A stretch of 64,000 bases of DNA from Gammaproteobacteria bacterium (GCA_016218365.1 JACREF010000024.1:31712-95711); one strand, 5' to 3'; counted from the first letter of the stretch, positions 12,777 to 23,725 are shown. Notes: generated from the letters alone by a model not told the origin. A program made the numbers and translations.

Positions 12777-12931
12777 GCTGTTTACCGCTGTCGTATCAAT
12801 GGGTTCGTAAGCTGCTATGTTACCATTATTTACGCCGCTGCCCAGCGCAGACACCACCGGCGGCCGACCGCGCCTTGTCTGTCCCGGGTGGCCGTGACAG
12901 AATTGCGCCTTTGACTAGGATCCGAGCACCC

Positions 12932-13792
12932 ATGACCGCCCGCATCATCGATGGCAAGGCAATCGCCGCCGGCATCCAGGCCACGATCCGGCAACGGGTG
13001 ACCGAGCGCCAGATGCAGGGCCTGCGGCCACCGGGCCTGGCGGTGATCCTGATCGGCGACAACCCGGCCTCCGAGGTCTACGTCCGCAACAAGAAGCTGG
13101 CCTGCGAAAAGGCCGGCCTGCTATCGCGGGCCTTCCATCACCCGGCGACGATCACCGAGACCGCGCTGCTGACCCTGATCGATCAGCTGAATGACGATCC
13201 GGTGATCGACGGCATCCTGGTACAACTACCGCTGCCGGCACACATCGACAGCGAACGGGTCATCGAACGCATCCACCCCGACAAGGACGTCGACGGTTTT
13301 CATCCCTATAACGTCGGCCGGCTGGCCTTGCGGCTGCCGCTGCTGCGACCCTGCACGCCGTATGGCGTCATGATGCTACTGGAGTCCACCGGGCAGGATG
13401 TCCGCGGCCTGGATGCGGTCATCGTCGGCGCCTCGAACATCGTCGGCCGGCCGATGGCGCTGGAGCTGATGCTGGCCGGCTGCACCGTCACCGTCTGCCA
13501 CCGCTTCACCGGTGAGCTCGCCGCCAAGGTCGCGCGCGCCGATATCGTCGTCGTCGCGGTCGGCAAACCGGGCATCGTGCGCGGCGAATGGATCAAACCG
13601 GGCGCCATCGTCATCGACGTCGGCATCAATCGCCTGGCCGATGGCAAGCTGGTCGGCGATGTTGATTATGACCATGCGGCGCAGCGCGCCGGCTGGATCA
13701 CGCCGGTACCGGGCGGGGTCGGGCCGATGACGATCGCGATGCTGCTGCAGAACACCTTGTACGCCGCCGAGAAGCTGCACGGCGCCGGCTGA
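12932..13792 (+). CDS. folD: Bifunctional methylenetetrahydrofolate dehydrogenase/cyclohydrolase
   Basis: [19 protein letters not shown]...[24 protein letters not shown] is FolD. The start is the internal ATG 12932. Confidence 0.9.
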   Translation: MTARIIDGKAIAAGIQATIRQRVTERQMQGLRPPGLAVILIGDNPASEVYVRNKKLACEKAGLLSRAFHHPATITETALLTLIDQLNDDPVIDGILVQLPLPAHIDSERVIERIHPDKDVDGFHPYNVGRLALRLPLLRPCTPYGVMMLLESTGQDVRGLDAVIVGASNIVGRPMALELMLAGCTVTVCHRFTGELAAKVARADIVVVAVGKPGIVRGEWIKPGAIVIDVGINRLADGKLVGDVDYDHAAQRAGWITPVPGGVGPMTIAMLLQNTLYAAEKLHGAG

Positions 13793-13800
13793 TCAGCGCG

Positions 13801-15249
13801 TTATTTGCGGCGCCACTCGGTCTTGCCATTCGGCTTGTCTTCCAGCACCACGCCCTGCGCATCGAGCTGCTGGCGGATCCGGTCGGCCTCGGCCCAGTTC
13901 TTCGCGACGCGGGCGGCCAGGCGCTGCTCGATCAGCGCATGGACGTCCTCGACCGACAGACCTACTATACCTGTTGCAACCACAGAGTCATCTTCAGAGG
14001 TAACTGCAACCTTTCCAGAAATAGTTACACCTGGTCCGCCCTGAAGATATTCTTCAACATCACAGGTCAAGATTCCCAGCACGCCCGCCAATGCCTTCAG
14101 CTGCCGTACCAGGCGTATTGCCATCCGAGGGTCATTGTCGCGCAACCGATTGATGTCGCGCGCCAGATCGAATAGCACTGCGATGGCAACCGGCGTATTG
14201 AAGTCATCATCCATCGCATCCTGAAACTTGGCCAGATACTCATCCTGCACCAAATCGGCTTCAACATCGCTGTAATCACGCAAGGTCCGATATAGACGAT
14301 CCAGCGCCGCCTTGGCATTCTCCAGACTCTGGTCCGAATAATTCAGCGGGCTGCGGTAATGGCTGCTGAGGATGAAATAGCGCACCACCTCGGGGTGATA
14401 GCGCTGCAGCACATCGCGCACCGTGAAGAAGTTGCCCAGCGACTTGGACATCTTCTCGTTGTCGATGTTGACGAAGCCGTTGTGCATCCACACGTTGACG
14501 AAGCGGCAGCCGGTCGCCGCCTCGCTCTGCGCGATCTCGTTCTCGTGATGCGGGAACATCAGGTCCATGCCACCGCCGTGGATGTCGAAGTGATCGCCGA
14601 GGCACTGCGTAGACATCACCGAGCACTCGATATGCCAGCCCGGCCGGCCCGGCCCCCACGGCGACTCCCACTGTGGTTCGCCCGGTTTGGCCATCTTCCA
14701 CAGCACAAAATCCAGCGGATCGTCCTTGGACTCATCGACCGCCACCCGTTCGCCGGCACGCAGATCGTCGAGCTGTTTACCGGACAAGCGGCCATAGGCC
14801 GGGAAGGTGCTGACATCGTAATAGACATCGCCGTTACCGGCCTGATAGGCAAAGCCCTTGGCGATCAGCATCCGGATCATGCTGATGATCTGCGGCATCG
14901 CCGCCATCGCCCGCGGCTCCAGATCGGGTCGCAGCACGCCGAGCGCATCGGCATCACGGTGCATCTCGACAATAAAGCGCCCGGTCAACGCCCCGACGGT
15001 CTCGCCATTGTCCTGCGCCCGGCGGATGATCTTGTCGTCGATGTCGGTGATGTTGCGTACATAGGTGACCTGATAACCGCGGTGGCGCAGGTAACGCACG
15101 ACACTGTCGAACACCACCATGACCCGGGCATGGCCGACGTGACAATAGTCATAGACCGTCATGCCGCAGACATACAGGCTGACTTTACCCGGCTCGATCG
15201 ACTGGAACGGCTCCTTCTGGCGGCTCAGGCTGTTATAGATCTTCAGCAT
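13801..15249 (-). CDS. cysS: Cysteine--tRNA ligase
   Basis: [15 protein letters not shown]...[18 protein letters not shown] (HIGH motif) and KMSKS are present. The start is the internal ATG 15249. Confidence 0.9.
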   Translation of the reverse strand: MLKIYNSLSRQKEPFQSIEPGKVSLYVCGMTVYDYCHVGHARVMVVFDSVVRYLRHRGYQVTYVRNITDIDDKIIRRAQDNGETVGALTGRFIVEMHRDADALGVLRPDLEPRAMAAMPQIISMIRMLIAKGFAYQAGNGDVYYDVSTFPAYGRLSGKQLDDLRAGERVAVDESKDDPLDFVLWKMAKPGEPQWESPWGPGRPGWHIECSVMSTQCLGDHFDIHGGGMDLMFPHHENEIAQSEAATGCRFVNVWMHNGFVNIDNEKMSKSLGNFFTVRDVLQRYHPEVVRYFILSSHYRSPLNYSDQSLENAKAALDRLYRTLRDYSDVEADLVQDEYLAKFQDAMDDDFNTPVAIAVLFDLARDINRLRDNDPRMAIRLVRQLKALAGVLGILTCDVEEYLQGGPGVTISGKVAVTSEDDSVVATGIVGLSVEDVHALIEQRLAARVAKNWAEADRIRQQLDAQGVVLEDKPNGKTEWRRK

Positions 15250-15577
15250 AGTAGGGTTTCCTGGCACATGAATGCCTTTCAACATATATAACCTGATGTA
15301 ACCTGCTTGCCAGCTCGATGCTCTTATACTTTGTTTTCAAAAGGATAGCATCCAATCCGCCCTGCACAAAGCCAGCATTCTAGCACAGCGTCAGGACGGC
15401 AGGCACCGCTACGAAATTAGCCTATTTCATTAACCTTGCTTAAATACACTACAAATGTTGCCGTTATATCACATGCAGTAGATTCTGAACCATTCGCATG
15501 CCAAGGACAGCCCAAGCACCCGACCCAACCATTGGGATGGTTCAGTATGGTCATCAACTGATATTACAGGGTTCAAC

Positions 15578-17155
15578 ATGAAAAAAAATCTTCCAATCAC
15601 AGGCCGGGAACGCATCCTCACGGAAGAGGAAATCATTGTCTCAACAACCGACCTGAAGGGTTGCATTACCTATATCAATGACACCTTCACGGAGATCAGC
15701 GGTTTCAGCGCAGAGGAGTCGGTCGGCAAGAACCATAATGTGGTCCGCCACCCTGAGATGCCGCCGGCCGCGTTCGCCGACCTGTGGGCCACGCTGCAGG
15801 CCGGCAAGTCCTGGATGGGCATCGTCAACAACCGCGCCAAGAATGGCGACAACTACTGGGTCGACGCCTATGTCACGCCGATCTTCGAGCATGGGCGCGT
15901 CACCGGCTATCAGTCGGTCCGCACCAAACCGGCCGCTGATGATGTGGCGCGGGCCGATGCGCTGTACCAGAGCCTGATGCAACCCGCCAGATTCAAGCTG
16001 AAGCTGCCGAGCCTGGGCCTGGGGCTCGCCGGCCGGATCACCACCACCGTCGGCGCCGTCATGACCCTGCTGCTGGGCGCATTATGCGCCACCACCGACC
16101 TCGGTATCATCGCGGCCACAGTGGCCGGTGGCATTGGCCTGGGCCTGGCCGCCTTTGCCGTCCGCAGCTTGACTGCACCGCTGCGTGCCACGGTAGACAA
16201 GGCCCATGAGATCGTCAACAACCCGGTCATGCAGCGGGTGTATACCGGCCGTGCCGATGATATGACCGCACCGCTGCTGGCGATCCGCATGCTCGAGGCC
16301 AGGCTGCGCACGGTATTGGGCCGCGTCACCGACTCGGCCGGTAATCTTGCCGACATCGCCGCCCGCACCTCCGCCGGTGTTGAACAGTCTTCTGGCAATC
16401 TCGCCCAGCAACAGGAACAGACCGAGGCGGTCGCCACCGCGATCACCGAGATGAGCGCCACGGTCGCCGAGGTGGCCCGCAACACCGAGCAATCTGCACA
16501 CTCCACCAAAGAGACCGAACAAAGCACCCGCGCCGGTCAACAGGCGATCCAGAATATCGTCACTTCAACAGATGAGCTGTCCGATAAGGTCAAGAACGCC
16601 TCCGGTGTGATCCATACCCTGAAGGCCAAGACCAATGACATCGGCATCATCCTCGAGGTCATCAAGAACATCGCCGAACAGACCAACCTGCTGGCATTGA
16701 ACGCCGCCATCGAGGCCGCACGTGCCGGTGAACAGGGACGCGGTTTTGCCGTGGTTGCCGACGAGGTGCGGACACTGGCACAACGCACCCAGAAATCGAC
16801 CAGCGAGATCGAACAGGTCATCGAGAAGCTGCAGCACGAGGCCAATAATGCCGTGTCAGTCATGGAACAGAGCTGCCAACTGGCCATCAAAAATGCCGAC
16901 CATGCCCGTCAGGGTGGCACCATGCTTGACGCCATCGTCAAGCAGGTCGGCATGATCACCGAAATGAATAACCAGATCGCCTGTGCCGCCGAGGAACAAT
17001 CTGCGGTATCGACAGAGATCAGTCGCAGCATTGAGAAAATCAATGGGGCCGCCAAGCAGAATACCGCTGGGGCCAAAGAGATCGCCCGTGCCAACAAGTT
17101 GCTGGCGGAGCAGGTCCGCAGTTTCAGCAACATGCCGCGTCAATTCAGCCATTAA
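15578..17155 (+). CDS. aer: Aerotaxis receptor Aer-type methyl-accepting chemotaxis protein (N-terminal FAD-PAS domain, TM hairpin, HAMP, MCP signalling domain)
   Basis: The N-terminus [22 protein letters not shown]...[44 protein letters not shown] closely parallels the E. coli Aer PAS domain. The C-terminal half carries the MCP highly conserved domain ([31 protein letters not shown]). Confidence 0.85.
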   Translation: MKKNLPITGRERILTEEEIIVSTTDLKGCITYINDTFTEISGFSAEESVGKNHNVVRHPEMPPAAFADLWATLQAGKSWMGIVNNRAKNGDNYWVDAYVTPIFEHGRVTGYQSVRTKPAADDVARADALYQSLMQPARFKLKLPSLGLGLAGRITTTVGAVMTLLLGALCATTDLGIIAATVAGGIGLGLAAFAVRSLTAPLRATVDKAHEIVNNPVMQRVYTGRADDMTAPLLAIRMLEARLRTVLGRVTDSAGNLADIAARTSAGVEQSSGNLAQQQEQTEAVATAITEMSATVAEVARNTEQSAHSTKETEQSTRAGQQAIQNIVTSTDELSDKVKNASGVIHTLKAKTNDIGIILEVIKNIAEQTNLLALNAAIEAARAGEQGRGFAVVADEVRTLAQRTQKSTSEIEQVIEKLQHEANNAVSVMEQSCQLAIKNADHARQGGTMLDAIVKQVGMITEMNNQIACAAEEQSAVSTEISRSIEKINGAAKQNTAGAKEIARANKLLAEQVRSFSNMPRQFSH

Positions 17156-17166
17156 ACGACTATAGT

Positions 17167-17190
17167 CCCGGGGGCGATATCACCCCCGGG
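17167..17190 (+). terminator. GC-rich hairpin (cccggggg-N8-cccccggg) 12 nt after the aer stop. There is no U-tract.
   Basis: A perfect 8-bp inverted repeat is seen directly in the sequence. The lack of a T-run makes intrinsic-terminator function uncertain. Confidence 0.3.
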
Positions 17191-17267
17191 CAGACCGCGC
17201 TTCTGCCTGCAGCAAACACTGCTCTTCCGTCATCGCTGCAAAGCCTTTATGATTCCTTGCATCATCC

Positions 17268-17906
17268 ATGACGATCCGGACATCTTTCATGATCAAATCC
17301 ATGTTGCATAAGTTGTTACTGGCACTGGCCTGCAGCCTGCTCCTCGGGCAAACTGCTGACGCAGCCGACACGCCTCAAGTCAGGATGCAGACGCGGTTCG
17401 GCGACATTGTCATCGAACTCGAGGCCGACAAGGCACCCCAGACCGTGAATAACTTTCTCGGCTATGCGCGTGACGGCTTTTACGATGGCACGATCTTTCA
17501 CCGCGTGATCCCGGGCTTCATGATCCAGGGCGGTGGCTATACCCCGGCCCTGCAACCCAAACCGACCCGGTCATCGATCAGGAACGAGGCCGATAACGGC
17601 CTGAAAAACCTGCGCGGCACCATCGCCATGGCCCGCACCGGTGACCCGCATTCGGCCAGCGCCCAGTTCTTCATCAATGTGGTGAACAACCCGTTCCTTG
17701 ATCATCGCGGCAAGTCTCTTGATGGCTGGGGTTATGCGGTATTCGGCCGTGTGATCCAGGGCATGGAGATCGTCGACCGTATCGCTGCACTGCCCACCGG
17801 CGGATCAAACAACCCGCTGTTCCAGGACGCGCCGCGCCAGGCCTTTGCCATCGACCACGTCTCGGTCATCACCAGCGCCGTGCCACCCCGGACCACCGGC
17901 CACTAG
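17268..17906 (+). CDS. ppiA: Periplasmic peptidyl-prolyl cis-trans isomerase (cyclophilin type)
   Basis: A signal peptide is followed by RFGDIVIELEADKAPQTVNNFLGYARDGFYDGTIFHRVIPGFMIQGGG, the cyclophilin signature. An alternative start is the ATG at 17289. Confidence 0.85.
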   Translation: MTIRTSFMIKSMLHKLLLALACSLLLGQTADAADTPQVRMQTRFGDIVIELEADKAPQTVNNFLGYARDGFYDGTIFHRVIPGFMIQGGGYTPALQPKPTRSSIRNEADNGLKNLRGTIAMARTGDPHSASAQFFINVVNNPFLDHRGKSLDGWGYAVFGRVIQGMEIVDRIAALPTGGSNNPLFQDAPRQAFAIDHVSVITSAVPPRTTGH

Positions 17907-17924
17907 CAGGCGGCTAGCCGGATC

Positions 17925-18668
17925 ATGGCGACACTGCTCATCTCCGATCTGCACCTGAGCCGCGAACGGCCGGCGCTCAGCCGATTGATGCTGGCCTTTC
18001 TGCACCACGGGCTGACAAACACCCGGCAGCTCTACATCCTCGGCGACCTGTTCGAGGTCTGGATCGGTGACGATGCCATCCCCGATGAGTATCAGCAGGT
18101 CATCGCGGCGCTGCATGATTGCCGGCGTCGTGGCATCGAACTGTATTTCATGGCCGGTAACCGGGATTTCCTGTGTGGCGGCGGATTCGCGGCGGCCAGC
18201 GGCTGCACGCTGCTGGAGGAGCCGCAGGTGCTGCGGCTGGCCGGACAGGACACACTGCTGATGCATGGCGACACGCTGTGCAGCGATGACCAGGACTACC
18301 AGCAGTTTCGCCGCCGGGTCCGCGACCCGTACTTCATCCGCGACTTCCTGGCCAAACCGCTGGCTGAGCGCCAGACGATCGCGCGCCATTATCGCCAGCA
18401 GAGCCAGTTGCGCAGCAGTCAGAAGTCTTATCAGGATATGGATGTCAATCAGCAAACGGTAGCAAGCGCACTGCAGCAGCACCGCTGCCTGCGGCTGATC
18501 CACGGCCATACCCATCGACCGGGGCGCCACACGCTGACACTGTCAGATGGCCAAACAGCCGAACGGATCGTACTCGGTGACTGGTCCGATAAGCAGGGCA
18601 GTGTGCTGCGTTGTGATGACACGGGTTGCAGTCTGGAAACCTTCACCCTTGGTGATCTGGCCCGCTGA
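17925..18668 (+). CDS. lpxH: UDP-2,3-diacylglucosamine diphosphatase
   Basis: MATLLISDLHLS...YILGDLFEVWIGDD...GNRDFL...MHGDTLC...HGHTHRP are the LpxH metallophosphoesterase motifs. Confidence 0.9.
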   Translation: MATLLISDLHLSRERPALSRLMLAFLHHGLTNTRQLYILGDLFEVWIGDDAIPDEYQQVIAALHDCRRRGIELYFMAGNRDFLCGGGFAAASGCTLLEEPQVLRLAGQDTLLMHGDTLCSDDQDYQQFRRRVRDPYFIRDFLAKPLAERQTIARHYRQQSQLRSSQKSYQDMDVNQQTVASALQQHRCLRLIHGHTHRPGRHTLTLSDGQTAERIVLGDWSDKQGSVLRCDDTGCSLETFTLGDLAR

Positions 18669-18680
18669 GGCCGGAAGCGG

Positions 18681-19775
18681 CTAGCCGCCAGCCCCCATCG
18701 CCAGGGCACGGGCACGGCTGGATGGATCACCTGATGCATCATCACGGCTGACGCCCCAGGCCTGCAGCACCGGCTGCACCAAGGCCTGCATCATCGCTAC
18801 ATGCTCGTCGTCATCATTCAATGCCGGGATATATTGATACTGCTGACCGCCGGCCGCCAGAAACAGCGCGCGGTTCTGCAGCGCCACCTCCTCCAGCGTC
18901 TCCAGGCAATCGGCGGAGAACCCCGGGCTGATGACCTGTACACTGGCAATCCCCTGCCGTGCCCACGCCTGCAGCGTCTGGTCGGTATACGGCTGCAGCC
19001 AGGCCTCGCGGCCAAACCGTGACTGGAAACACAACTGCCAGCGCCCTTCGGGCAATGACAGCTGCTCGGCCACCCGCCGCGCGGTCTTGTGACAATGACA
19101 AAAATATGGATCCCCGCTGTCAAACATGCGCTGTGGCGTGCCGTGAAACGAGAACATCAACCGCTCGGCCTGGCCATGCTGCTGCCAGTGCCGCCGGACC
19201 GTCGCCACCAGTGCCGCGATGTAGGCCGGATGATCGTGATAATGATTGATCCAATGCAGCTCCGGAACACGGCGCCAGCTGCGCAACTCCTCCCCGATCG
19301 CATCGAAGGTCGAGGCCGTGGTACTGGATGAATACTGCGGATACAGCGGCAGCACGACGATCCGGCTCGCACCGGCCTGCTGCAAGGCCCGCAAGGCGCT
19401 GGCCACAGACGGCTGGCCATAACGCATGCCGAGCTCGACACGAATGGCAGCTCCATATTCTTGGCTCAGCCGTTGCTGCAAGGCCCGGGCCTGACGCTGC
19501 GAGATCGCCAGCAACGGGGAGCCCTGATCGTTCCAGATCGTTGCATAGGCATGGGCCGAGCGGCGCGGCCTGATGTTGAGGATCACACCATACAGGATCG
19601 GCAGCCATAACCAGCGCGGGTACTCGACGACACGCGGATCGGACAGAAACTGTTTCAGATAGCGGCGCAAGGCCGCCGGGGTCGGTGCATCCGGTGTGCC
19701 GAGATTGCTGAGCAGCACCCCAGTAAGATGTCCGCTGCCATGGGTATACGGGAGGGTCTGTGATGTAACCGTCAT
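18681..19775 (-). CDS. hemH: Ferrochelatase
   Basis: GVLLSNLGTPDAPT...LRRYLKQFLSDPRVVE...FSFHGTPQRMFDSGDPYFCHCHKTARRVAEQL is the ferrochelatase family signature. Confidence 0.9.
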   Translation of the reverse strand: MTVTSQTLPYTHGSGHLTGVLLSNLGTPDAPTPAALRRYLKQFLSDPRVVEYPRWLWLPILYGVILNIRPRRSAHAYATIWNDQGSPLLAISQRQARALQQRLSQEYGAAIRVELGMRYGQPSVASALRALQQAGASRIVVLPLYPQYSSSTTASTFDAIGEELRSWRRVPELHWINHYHDHPAYIAALVATVRRHWQQHGQAERLMFSFHGTPQRMFDSGDPYFCHCHKTARRVAEQLSLPEGRWQLCFQSRFGREAWLQPYTDQTLQAWARQGIASVQVISPGFSADCLETLEEVALQNRALFLAAGGQQYQYIPALNDDDEHVAMMQALVQPVLQAWGVSRDDASGDPSSRARALAMGAGG

Positions 19776-19961
19776 GCCGATTGTGATGCCTCGTCAGTTG
19801 CCGCTTGACCAGACAGCGTCGCTGCGCTGCCTGTAGCGGATTATGTACTACAAGGGTGCGATTACCAAACCATGGCAGGGGTATGGCCAGCGGGACGCGA
19901 ATCGGCTACGGTAACGGAAATACCGCATCATCAAGACATCAGCCGAGACAAGGAGCGCCCC

Positions 19962-20288
19962 GTGGACCAGTTCGCCGATTTACAAACCCTGCTGAAGAAA
20001 AAACGCGCCGAGCTCGATGAGCGGGTGCATCGCATCAAGGATGATGCGCGCCATATCAGCGATCCGCTGGAACAGGACAGCAAGGAGCGTGCGGTACAGC
20101 AGGAAAACGACGAGGTACAGGACGCACTGGAGAAAGAGGCGCAGATCGAACTGCAGGCCATCGACCGCGCGCTGGCACGTATGACCAGTGGCCGTTACGG
20201 CCTGTGCCGGGACTGCGGCAATCCGATCGCGATCGAGCGATTACGCGCCCTGCCCTACACCGACCGCTGCATCGACTGCGCCCGCTGA
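19962..20288 (+). CDS. DksA/TraR-family C4 zinc-finger protein (small, about 108 aa)
   Basis: The C-terminal CRDCGNPIAIERLRALPYTDRCIDC motif (CxxC-N17-CxxC) follows a coiled-coil. The start is chosen at GTG 19962, 6 nt after an AGGAG RBS; the track ORF starts further upstream at 19872. Confidence 0.7.
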   Translation: MDQFADLQTLLKKKRAELDERVHRIKDDARHISDPLEQDSKERAVQQENDEVQDALEKEAQIELQAIDRALARMTSGRYGLCRDCGNPIAIERLRALPYTDRCIDCAR

Positions 20289-20310
20289 CAGCCTGCTTAA
20301 CCCCTGCAGC

Positions 20311-20805
20311 TTACGCAGGTCCTGGCTGCCCTACCAACTCCTTTAACGCGCTGGCGGCCTCGGTAAAATCGCCATTCAATTCCAGCGCCTTGAGCAGAGA
20401 CACCCTGGCCAGGGCGGCCTCGCCCAGCGCCTGCAGCACCAGTCCTAGCTGGTAATGGGCGCGCGGGTGATCAGGCTGCAGTTCCAGCAGCCTTTCCAGG
20501 CATTGCCGCGCCTCCATCAGATGACCGCTGCGCTGGCAGACCATGGCCAGCTGAAACCAGCCTTCAGCGGCAGTGGGCACCGCCTGCACCAGCTGCCGTA
20601 ACCAGTTCCGGGCCAGACCCAGCTGCCCGGCGTGATAGGCATTCTGGGCCAGGCCGTGCAGGGCCTCGGGATCAGCAGGCCTGGCGGCCAGCACCCGGCG
20701 CAACAGCAGATCGGCCTTGCCATGCTGGCCGTGACGGGCCAGCCTGCGGGCCTCGCTGATCAGGGATTTGACGTCATCGGTCATGGTGAACTGCCAACCG
20801 AGCAT
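20311..20805 (-). CDS. Tetratricopeptide-repeat protein
   Basis: 164 aa with repeated A/L/Y-rich 34-residue units (…AYHAGQLGLARNWLRQL…, …HYQLGLVLQALGEAALA…). Confidence 0.6.
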   Translation of the reverse strand: MLGWQFTMTDDVKSLISEARRLARHGQHGKADLLLRRVLAARPADPEALHGLAQNAYHAGQLGLARNWLRQLVQAVPTAAEGWFQLAMVCQRSGHLMEARQCLERLLELQPDHPRAHYQLGLVLQALGEAALARVSLLKALELNGDFTEAASALKELVGQPGPA

Positions 20806-20980
20806 CCAGAGAGGGAATTGAACAGCAACAGAAAAACCATCTGCCGACCAGCAACCGTCAGTCGGGACGATATCGACAAGACAACAGCCACCTTGGCCAC
20901 CGCTGAGGATGACCTCTGACTATCCGGGGACAGGCCGGGGCGTGACCAAAGTGGCCAGCCCCGCGATACACCTAATCCAA

Positions 20981-21190
20981 TCAGGCAGGGGTTACGTTCG
21001 CCGCCTGCGGACCCTTTGGTCCCTGGATGATGTCCATGGTCACTTTCTGTCCTTCACGCAGCGACTTGCGTCCTGTACCGTTGATGGCGCTGTAATGAAC
21101 GAATACGTCCTTACCGCCTTCATACGCAATAAAACCAAAACCCTTTTCATCATTGAACCACTTAACGGTACCGACTACTTGCTGTGACAT
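20981..21190 (-). CDS. Cold-shock protein (CspA family)
   Basis: [36 protein letters not shown] contains the RNP1 and RNP2 motifs. Confidence 0.9.
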   Translation of the reverse strand: MSQQVVGTVKWFNDEKGFGFIAYEGGKDVFVHYSAINGTGRKSLREGQKVTMDIIQGPKGPQAANVTPA

Positions 21191-21268
21191 AACGCCCCTC
21201 TTGATTACAATTCACCAGGTCACCCTGGTCTCAGACCAAAGCCATCCTGCGATGGATGACCCCGCCAT

Positions 21269-21296
21269 ACTATACCTGCGGCCAATTCCAATCAAT
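21269..21296 (-). promoter_or_regulatory. Possible sigma-70 promoter of the csp gene (TTGATT/ATTGAT -35, TATAGT -10, 15-16 nt spacer). The 5'UTR would be about 70 nt.
   Basis: The hexamers are read on the minus strand. A long 5'UTR is typical of cspA-type genes. Confidence 0.3.
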
Positions 21297-21326
21297 ATTT
21301 AGCCCGGGCTTCCAGGCGAAGGGCCA

Positions 21327-21721
21327 TCACGGGCCATCCCGCCGGCGCTGGAAGGCCATCAGATCGCGGCGGGCCTTCTTGTCGGGGCGTCGCTCGGGAT
21401 GGGGGGCCAGCTGGCGCAGCAGCCGGCGCTGCTCACTGTCGGCCTGACGTGCGGCCAAGCTGGCCGCGATTTCCTGGTACAACTGCTGGGCCACACTGGC
21501 CGAGCCGCGGCGTTGCGACAGCCCTCGCACATGGACGGTGAAGCGTTCTTCGCCGCGAACGATCTCGAGTTCATCGCCCGGGGTAAGGATGCGACTGGCC
21601 TTGACCCGGGCGCCGTTGACATGCACCCGGCCACCGCCTCCGCCGCCAGGGCCCGGGTCTTGAAGAACCGGGCCGCCCACAGCCACTTGTCGACGCGGAC
21701 CGTGGCGCCGTCGTCGTTCAT
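21327..21721 (-). pseudogene. hslR: Heat-shock protein 15 (ribosome-associated S4-domain protein) split into two frames by an apparent 1-nt frameshift near 21628-21634
   Basis: Frame A (from 21721) gives [32 protein letters not shown]..., the Hsp15 S4 N-terminus. Frame B (to 21327) gives ...RVHVNGARVKASRILTPGDELEIV...HPERRPDKKARRDLMAFQRR, the Hsp15 C-terminus. The junction lies in a G/C run (cccggcc). The ATG overlaps the htpG stop (ATGA). Confidence 0.6.
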
Positions 21722-23634
21722 CGCCCCTGCAACATCAGCGCCAGCAACAGCTCATTGGTTCGTTTGACAAAGGCCGCCGGGTCCTGCAATTGCCCGCCTT
21801 CGCTGAGCAGCGCCTGGTCAAACAGCAGCTGTGACCAGTCGCGGATCCGCGTCTCATCGTCCAGCTGCTTTAAGTTCCTGACCAGCGGGTGATGCGGATT
21901 GATCTCCAGCGTCGGCGTCGCCTCCGGCACCTGCTGCCCGGCCGCCTTCAGCAGCTTCTGCAGGTTGATCGCCATATCGTGCTCACCGACGACGACACAG
22001 GAGGGTGAATCGGTCAGACGGTGCGTGACCCGGACCTCCTTGACCTGCTCGCCGAGCGCTGTCTTGATCCGCTCGACCAGCCCCTTGAACTCATCGGCGA
22101 CCTGCTCGAACTTCTGCTTTTCCTCCTGATCATCAAGCGCGCCCAGCTCCAGACTACCCTTGGCGACCGATTGCAGCGACTTGCCGTCGAACTCAAACAG
22201 ATAACCCATCATCCATTCATCGACGCGGTCATGCATCAGCAGCACCTCGATGTCCTTCTTACGGAACACCTCGAGATGCGGGCTGCTGCGCGCCGCCGCC
22301 AGCGTCTCGGCGCTGATGTAATAGATCTTGTCCTGACCTGGCTTCATCCGCGCAATATAATCCTGCAGGCTGACCCGCTCGCCACTGCTGTCATGCGTGG
22401 AATCAAAGCGCAGCAACTGGCAGATCCGCTGCTGATTGGCCATGTCCTCGACGACCCCTTCCTTCAGCACCTTACCGCACTGCTCCCAGAAGGTCCGGTA
22501 CTTGGCGGCATCATTTTTTGCCAGGTCCTCGATCATATCGAGGATCTTCTTGACCGAGGACCCGCGCATCACCTCGATCTGACGGTTGTGCTGCAGGATC
22601 TCGCGCGACACATTCAGCGGCAGGTCATCGGAATCGATGATGCCACGGACAAAGCGCAGATAGTTCGGGATCAGTTCCTCGGCGGCGTCCATGATGAATA
22701 CCCGGCGCACGTAAAGCTTGACGCCGTGGCGCTTGTCACGGTCCCACAGATCAAACGGGGCACGGGACGGAAGGAAGAACAGCGAACTATACGACTGCCG
22801 GCCCTCGACATGGGCATGGGTGTGGACCAGCGGGCCCTCGAAGTCATGCGAAAGATGCTTGTAGAAGTCCTGATACTCCTGCTCACTAATATCGTTACGG
22901 GCACGTTTCCACAAGGCCGAGGCCTGATTGATACGCTCCAGCTTGATGCGTTCCAACCCCCCGTCTGCCGCCTGCCCCTCAGCATCCTGTTTGGCCATCA
23001 TGATCGGCAAGGCGATGCTGTCGGAATAGCGGCGCACGATGCCGCGCAGCCGGTAATCCTCCAGCAATTCCCGTTCATCGGCGCGCAGATGTAATGTGAT
23101 CTCGGTGCCACGCGTGGCCTTGTGGGCCACCTCCAGCGTGTAGCTGCCCTCGCCGGAAGACTCCCAGCGCACGGCATGTTCGGCCGACAGGCCGGCGCGC
23201 CGGGTCGTCAGCTCCACCCGCTCGGCGACGATAAAGGCTGAATAGAAGCCGACCCCGAACTGGCCGATCAGCTGGGCATCCTTGGCCTGATCGCCGGACA
23301 GTTTCTCGAAAAACTGCCGGGTACCGGAGCGGGCGATGGTGCCGATGTTGTCGATGACCTCCTGACGGCTCATACCGATGCCGTTATCCCGGATGGTCAG
23401 CGTGCCGGCCTGTTTATTGAAACTGACCACGACCTGCAGTTCGCTGTCCCCCTCATACAGGGCATCATCCCCCAGGGCCTCGAACCGCAGCTTGTCGCAG
23501 GCATCGGAGGCATTGGAGATCAGTTCACGCAGGAAGATCTCCTTGTTTGAATACAACGAATGGATCATCAGTTGCAACAGCTGCTTGGCCTCGGTCTGGA
23601 ATTCGAGGGTTTCCTTATGTACATCTACCGACAT
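21718..23634 (-). CDS. htpG: Molecular chaperone HtpG (Hsp90)
   Basis: [30 protein letters not shown] and [12 protein letters not shown] are Hsp90 ATPase motifs. The length is 638 aa. Confidence 0.95.
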   Translation of the reverse strand: MSVDVHKETLEFQTEAKQLLQLMIHSLYSNKEIFLRELISNASDACDKLRFEALGDDALYEGDSELQVVVSFNKQAGTLTIRDNGIGMSRQEVIDNIGTIARSGTRQFFEKLSGDQAKDAQLIGQFGVGFYSAFIVAERVELTTRRAGLSAEHAVRWESSGEGSYTLEVAHKATRGTEITLHLRADERELLEDYRLRGIVRRYSDSIALPIMMAKQDAEGQAADGGLERIKLERINQASALWKRARNDISEQEYQDFYKHLSHDFEGPLVHTHAHVEGRQSYSSLFFLPSRAPFDLWDRDKRHGVKLYVRRVFIMDAAEELIPNYLRFVRGIIDSDDLPLNVSREILQHNRQIEVMRGSSVKKILDMIEDLAKNDAAKYRTFWEQCGKVLKEGVVEDMANQQRICQLLRFDSTHDSSGERVSLQDYIARMKPGQDKIYYISAETLAAARSSPHLEVFRKKDIEVLLMHDRVDEWMMGYLFEFDGKSLQSVAKGSLELGALDDQEEKQKFEQVADEFKGLVERIKTALGEQVKEVRVTHRLTDSPSCVVVGEHDMAINLQKLLKAAGQQVPEATPTLEINPHHPLVRNLKQLDDETRIRDWSQLLFDQALLSEGGQLQDPAAFVKRTNELLLALMLQGR

Positions 23635-23696
23635 GGCTCACTCCTTCAGTCAATTCAATAATTTCCGCCCCGGTATACCGCCAGGCCCTGGCGCCA

Positions 23697-23725
23697 CAAT
23701 GGGGATAGTAGCGGAAGATTTCAAC
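23697..23725 (-). promoter_or_regulatory. Sigma-32 (RpoH) heat-shock promoter of htpG-hslR: GTTGAAA-N14-CCCCATTG
   Basis: The minus strand reads ggaGTTGAAAtcttccgctactatCCCCATTGtgg, which matches the sigma-32 consensus TTGAAA-N13-15-CCCCATnT. The htpG ATG lies about 55 nt downstream and is preceded by AAGGAG. Confidence 0.55.

Noticed and set aside
11676-12914. 412-aa + strand ORF
   Set aside because: It is antisense to leuC, which has a clear aconitase-family signature on the minus strand.
14359-15291. 310-aa + strand ORF
   Set aside because: It is antisense to cysS.
22021-23094. 357-aa + strand ORF
   Set aside because: It is antisense to htpG.
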